Shown piece by piece: positions 59,484-64,000 of a stretch of 64,000 bases of DNA. The notes beneath the pieces were generated by a model. It saw only the letters and a list, made by a program, of their open reading frames with translations. It had not been told where the DNA came from and made no database searches. The DNA is from Planctomycetota bacterium (lineage in GTDB: Bacteria > Planctomycetota > UBA8108 > SXIK01): positions 8,384,001-8,448,000 of the forward strand of contig OZ244999.1 in assembly GCA_965223265.1 (NCBI GenBank), in the 5' to 3' direction. A program made the translations under genes and the position numbers. Position 1 is the first letter of the stretch; every line of letters starts with the position of its first letter.

Positions 59484-62400
59484 TCGACGAACATCAGTTC
59501 GTTCGTCAGCAAAAGCACCTGCGCCAATTGTCCCCAGGGCGCCAAGGTGTCGACGTCTTCTCGATTCCGATTCTCCTCATCGAACGCACGACGCGCACGT
59601 TCAATAAATTTCATGGCGCCATTTAGCTCGGCCGCATTGGGGTCGCGACGGAGTATGCGGCGGTAGAGTGAAGTCACGCCGCGCGAAGTTTCTTTACGGT
59701 GGCCGTGGTTGCTGGCCTGACGTTCACCGCTGGCTCGCGCAACCGACTCGCCGAGCGCTCTCGCCTGGGTGACAACGAATTCGCTGTTGAGTCCAAAGAG
59801 TGCTTGCTGGGGCACGGTCGTCTCTGGTCGCTTTGCGACCGACTGATCCGGCACGGCGAAATCGAAGGAGCGAAAGAGTCCCGGCAAGTTCTGTCGGTCG
59901 ACGAGGCCGTAGATGGTGCGCCGTCGGTTCTTTGGATCGGCCGCAATGTCAACGGGACGTCCGAAGAGGCGTCGATCGAGGCGACCAGCAACCGAAAGCA
60001 ACGTGTCGCGCATCGACTCGAAATCGAGACGGCGACGGTGCGCCCGCCAAAGCAGACGGTTGTCTGCATCAACCGCCGCGCACGACTCTCGGTCGCGACT
60101 CGCTTGTTGATAAGTGCGCGACAGGACGATCTCCCTGTGAAGTGCCTTGATCGACCAACCGCTATCCACGAAACGTGCGGCGAGATAATCGAGTAGCTCC
60201 GGGTGCGTCGGTGGGTCACTGCGGACGCCGAAGTCGCTGGGAGTGTCGACGAGCGGACGTCCAAGGTGGTGCATCCAAACGCGGTTGACGAGCACCCGGC
60301 TCGCGAGCGGGTTGTCTCGACTCGCGATAGCTTGGGCGAGTTCGAGGCGCCCACTACCGCGTGTGAAGGGCGTGCGGCGACCCTGAGTCAAGATCTCAAG
60401 AAAACGTCGCGGCACCCTTTTGCCCGGCTCGCGCGGATTGCCGCGCACGAAAACCCTGGGATCGTAAAGTTCCGAAGCATCGACGAGTACCATGGCGCGG
60501 GCTGGAGCGGCAGCGTTCTTCACTGCCATCTTATCGATCTCCAGCAACAGATTGTGGTACTTGCCACGATTGACGCGAGCCATGTAGAGGAACGTTTTTG
60601 TCTTTGGGATGTGCGTCGGACTTTCCCGCGAGGTCAGCAGCGCGAGAAGTTGGCGACGAGCCGTCTCGTGGGCGTCGTTCCTGCCGCCGTTCGCGTCGTT
60701 GCCATGCGCCGCGTCCTCCTCCGGCCCACCGACCGTTGGGTCGGCCTTCAACTTCTGCGCCTCGAGGTAGACGTTGGCGAGAACACTTCCATAGAGCTGA
60801 CCTACGTCCCCGCGGCTTTGGATTTCGTCTTTTTCCAAGGCCCGTTGAAGGATGGGATTGATTTCGCCCTTTCGCGTGCCTGGCGGCACATTTTGCCATC
60901 GTGCAACGATGTCACGTGCCCGCACTTTGAGCTCTTCCTCCGGCAGTCGCAGAAGGTCGTGCCACGGTCCGAAAACGGGATCGTCGGGGCGCGCACGCGC
61001 GTTGATGAGGCGCCGCCAACGCGCGATGATCTGCGGTCGGAGGTCGTCTGGCGAGAGAGACAAAAAGAAGATCGAAGTCTCAAGAATGTCCGGTTCGGTC
61101 GTTGCCACGTGAGTTAGGTAATCCGGAGTTCGGCGACGAGCTTGGTCAGTGAGCGCGACGCGCTGCGAGTCGATGTGTTGCGTCAGTTCTTTGCGTTTCG
61201 CCGCGACTTCCTTCTCGAACTTGATGGCGTCCGGAGTCGTTGCCGCCTCGATGAGCGGTTCTTCCACCGGCCGTTCGCTGCTCGCGAACACGCCGTAGAG
61301 GGAGTAGTAGTCCTCGGTGGGAATCGCATCGTATTTGTGGTCGTGACAGCGTGCGCACGAAACGGTGAGTCCGAGCAACCCGCGCGTCACGGTGTCAATG
61401 TGATCGTCGTAGATGTCGTGCGCATTGTTGTCGAACAGACGCCCGAGAGTGAGAAACCCCATCGCTGCAAGTCGCCATGCTTCGCCCTTCGTCTCGGTTT
61501 GATCGGCGGCGAGTTGGTCGCGGATAAACTCGTCGTAAGGGAGATCCTCGCTGAAAGCGCGGACAACGTAGTCGCGATAAGTGTAGGCGAACGGGCGAAT
61601 TGCATCTTGGCCGAGCACCAACACGAGGTCCTTGGTGTCTGCGTAACGTGCGACGTCGAGCCAGTGCCTTGCCCAGCGTTCCGCGTAGGCTGGCGAGGCG
61701 AGCAAGCGGTCGACGACTTTGGTGATCGCTTCCGGAGAAGAATCGTTCGTGAATTCGTCGACGGTCTCAAAGCTCGGTGGCATGCCGAGGAGGTCGGAGT
61801 AAAGCCGCTCGATCAGAGTGCGTGCATCTGCTCGCGGCGAGGGTTTCAGGCCCGCAGCCTCAAGCCGCGACAGGATGAATCGATCGATCGGCGCTTCGCC
61901 CCACTCGGTGTCGTTGACCTGAGGAAGGTCAGGGTGCACGACCGGCTGGTACGCCCAGTGATCGCGTGCATCGCTGCCCGCTCGTGGCGTTGTGCGTGAA
62001 GCTGCACGCTCTGATTCTATCGCTGCTCCGTGGCGTGGATCCGGTGCCCCGAGTTGAATCCAGCGCTCAAATTCGGCGATGACCTTAGCCGGAAGTTGGC
62101 GCCTCGGCGGCATCTCTGGTCCCTTGTAGCGCAGCGCAGAGAGGAGCAAACTGGCGCTGGGTTCCCCGGGAACGACAGCAGGTCCGCTGTCTCCCCCGCG
62201 GCGCATGGCAGCGCGGGAGTCGAGACGCAGCCCGCCCTTCAAAGATTTTGCGTCAGCTGAGTGACACTCGTAACACTCACCTGCGAGCACGGGGCGGATA
62301 CTTTTCTCAAAGAGTTCGATGCCTGCGGGGTTGTCTTCTGGGGCTTGCGCCAGCCAGCAGGTGAACAGGGCGATGGCTGCGTTGGTCACTCGACGTCTCC

Positions 62401-62485
62401 TTCGAGACCATTGTCGCGGATCGTGGCATGGATTTCTATGCGGACCTGTTGTGCTGCCGGGCCGCGTTGTGCGCCCGTACCTCAC
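59480..62485 (-). CDS. Planctomycete cytochrome c (PSCyt1) + DUF1549 + DUF1553 (PSD1) protein
   Basis: FEKSIRPVL..CYECH, GGLRLD, HWAYQP, ERWARHWLDVARYAD, CARCHDHKYD, NPLASRVLVNRVW.H, PTHPELLD.LA, PQQAL, NELMFVD. Confidence 0.92.
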   Translation of the reverse strand: MRYGRTTRPGSTTGPHRNPCHDPRQWSRRRRRVTNAAIALFTCWLAQAPEDNPAGIELFEKSIRPVLAGECYECHSADAKSLKGGLRLDSRAAMRRGGDSGPAVVPGEPSASLLLSALRYKGPEMPPRRQLPAKVIAEFERWIQLGAPDPRHGAAIESERAASRTTPRAGSDARDHWAYQPVVHPDLPQVNDTEWGEAPIDRFILSRLEAAGLKPSPRADARTLIERLYSDLLGMPPSFETVDEFTNDSSPEAITKVVDRLLASPAYAERWARHWLDVARYADTKDLVLVLGQDAIRPFAYTYRDYVVRAFSEDLPYDEFIRDQLAADQTETKGEAWRLAAMGFLTLGRLFDNNAHDIYDDHIDTVTRGLLGLTVSCARCHDHKYDAIPTEDYYSLYGVFASSERPVEEPLIEAATTPDAIKFEKEVAAKRKELTQHIDSQRVALTDQARRRTPDYLTHVATTEPDILETSIFFLSLSPDDLRPQIIARWRRLINARARPDDPVFGPWHDLLRLPEEELKVRARDIVARWQNVPPGTRKGEINPILQRALEKDEIQSRGDVGQLYGSVLANVYLEAQKLKADPTVGGPEEDAAHGNDANGGRNDAHETARRQLLALLTSRESPTHIPKTKTFLYMARVNRGKYHNLLLEIDKMAVKNAAAPARAMVLVDASELYDPRVFVRGNPREPGKRVPRRFLEILTQGRRTPFTRGSGRLELAQAIASRDNPLASRVLVNRVWMHHLGRPLVDTPSDFGVRSDPPTHPELLDYLAARFVDSGWSIKALHREIVLSRTYQQASRDRESCAAVDADNRLLWRAHRRRLDFESMRDTLLSVAGRLDRRLFGRPVDIAADPKNRRRTIYGLVDRQNLPGLFRSFDFAVPDQSVAKRPETTVPQQALFGLNSEFVVTQARALGESVARASGERQASNHGHRKETSRGVTSLYRRILRRDPNAAELNGAMKFIERARRAFDEENRNREDVDTLAPWGQLAQVLLLTNELMFVD

Positions 62486-62555
62486 AGAAGTCGATCACGC
62501 AGCGGACACGCGGAGACACGCGATCAGGTATGACGCCGCCGGGCGGCACTCACCG

Positions 62556-63029
62556 TTATTTGGGGTCGTCGTCAGGTCGGAGCGATTTGCGGTAGTTGAC
62601 GCACCGATCAACAACTTCGAATCCGAGCGCGCTGTGCGCGGCCTGCGAGTCTTCGCTGTCGATCCACGTGTCGGAAGCGAGTTCGACGCAGCCATGTTCG
62701 GCGGCCCAAGCCTCGGCTCGCGCTACGAGCGCGCGGCCGACCCCTTGCCCTCTGTGCTCCGGGGTGACATACCAGCCTTCGATGAAGCCGCACGGTTTCG
62801 ACGGGTCGCAACCATCGGCATGAGAGCGTAGGCCGATCTCGATGAAGCCGATGGCTACGCCTTTCTCCTCGGCGACCATGATGGCGACGGGTAGCGTACT
62901 GCAGGGGCATCCGGACAGAGTCGCTTCGACCTCGATTCGATGCTGATCCGGCGAGACCCGCGGCCAGAGAGTTGAACGAAGAGTGACGACTGCGTCGCGG
63001 TCGTCGATCCGGGCGACTCGGATTTGCAT
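62556..63029 (-). CDS. GNAT acetyltransferase, aminoglycoside 6'-N-acetyltransferase type I-like
   Basis: LRSTLWP, GFIEIGLRSHADGC, GFIEGWYV, RGQGVG, ELASDT..D...SQAAHSALGF. Confidence 0.82.
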   Translation of the reverse strand: MQIRVARIDDRDAVVTLRSTLWPRVSPDQHRIEVEATLSGCPCSTLPVAIMVAEEKGVAIGFIEIGLRSHADGCDPSKPCGFIEGWYVTPEHRGQGVGRALVARAEAWAAEHGCVELASDTWIDSEDSQAAHSALGFEVVDRCVNYRKSLRPDDDPK

Positions 63030-63103
63030 TGCTATGATTGAAGTCCACTCGTGGCGACGAACGTGTACCGTGGGGTGTTAACACCACTTTTTCAGGTAGG
63101 GTG

Positions 63104-64000
63104 TCAACGTTCTTCATCGACGACTACACCAGTCACCGCCATGAGATTGCAGCGCGTGGAGCGCTGCGAACCCTTTAGATGCTTTGGGTCGATGATGATT
63201 CTTTGCACTCTCTTGGAGAGGGCCGGCTCAACGAAACTCTCGAACAGCGCCGCGTCCCTTCGGGGGCGCAGACCGCGGCGATCGTGTGCTCCCATGTAGT
63301 ATCGCTGCATGTCGTTGAGTGCGATGGCGGAACCTGTTCGCAGCCCCCCGCCAGCCGTGTCTTCGAGGTCAAGGCCGAAGTCGTCGCACCAGTCATCGAC
63401 TTGCACGGTATGTGCGCTTCGTGTCCCATCCTCGTACTCGAGCGCTAGGGGCATGTCAATGTCACCATTGCCGCATGACGCGAGAAATCGAAGTACGGTG
63501 TAGCGTCGGTGCGGCACCGAGATCCGCAGCACACCACTGTCTCCAGGGACGAGTTGAACTGCATTCCTTTCTCCGTAGGCTGCTAATCGGTGGATTCCCA
63601 CGATGCGATCCTGTGGTAGACCGACCGCCCCTGCATCGTCACCAGACGGGAATCCCTCTTCGACGAGCAGCAAGCCCTCTGCGTCGAATTTCCCGTTGTC
63701 GTCGTCGTTTTGGTTCATGACTACGTCGCTCGTGAAATACGGCGCGAGCTCGATGCGGACGACTTCGAATGAATACTCCCCTGTCGTGAAGCTGCGCTCG
63801 GGACTCAACAGTTCGGAGCCCAGTGATGTGTGAAAGCCGACGCGCCAGCGATAGGTCGTTTCTGGCCGCAGGAGTCCGCGGGGCGTGCGAAACCTGCTCA
63901 GCGACCCAATGCTGGTCATATCGACGACAAGACTTCGTTCGAAATCACCACCCTCCTCGCCGATCTGCCACCGACTTGCGACGTGTCGGACGTCATCGTC
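63104..64000 (-). CDS. C-terminal part of a large, probably secreted protein (FN3-like segment + beta-sandwich); 5' end outside the window
   Basis: The frame stays open from 63919 to the window edge (DDDVRHVASRWQI...LRPETTYRWRV...). Confidence 0.65.
   Translation of the reverse strand, partial: DDDVRHVASRWQIGEEGGDFERSLVVDMTSIGSLSRFRTPRGLLRPETTYRWRVGFHTSLGSELLSPERSFTTGEYSFEVVRIELAPYFTSDVVMNQNDDDNGKFDAEGLLLVEEGFPSGDDAGAVGLPQDRIVGIHRLAAYGERNAVQLVPGDSGVLRISVPHRRYTVLRFLASCGNGDIDMPLALEYEDGTRSAHTVQVDDWCDDFGLDLEDTAGGGLRTGSAIALNDMQRYYMGAHDRRGLRPRRDAALFESFVEPALSKRVQRIIIDPKHLKGSQRSTRCNLMAVTGVVVDEER

Noticed and set aside
63074-63107. Sigma70 promoter for the acetyltransferase (TTGACA on the minus strand)
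   Set aside because: No acceptable -10 at 16-18 nt spacing, and the TTGACA includes the upstream gene's stop codon.

Overview
GC-rich bacterial chromosomal window with about 40 genes. The gene content points to Planctomycetota (inference): DUF1501, PSCyt1/DUF1549/DUF1553, DUF1080-ThuA, FxRGDxN dockerin-like tails and a redoxin-copper monooxygenase. I found no rRNA, tRNA, CRISPR array or intact transposase. Main content: (1) a DUF4011-SF1 helicase-REase-DUF3320 protein with the architecture of the Hhe anti-phage system. (2) A membrane protein-wHTH regulator-ispH operon whose sigma70 promoter is overlapped by a palindromic operator. (3) A NuoEF-like subunit plus a selenocysteine formate dehydrogenase alpha subunit, which the ORF track splits at an in-frame TGA followed by a SECIS hairpin. 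(4) An alpha-2-macroglobulin. (5) Three secreted enzymes with dockerin-like modules: a CotH kinase and two tandem S8 proteases that share two unusual active-site cysteines. (6) An orphan N4-C methyltransferase, signalling genes, truB and an AAC(6')-I homolog. Non-coding features: two MITE-like elements (one with perfect 21-bp TIRs and a 5-bp target duplication), a solitary copy of one TIR, and a compound hexamer microsatellite. All family assignments come from recognising motifs by eye; no database searches were run.
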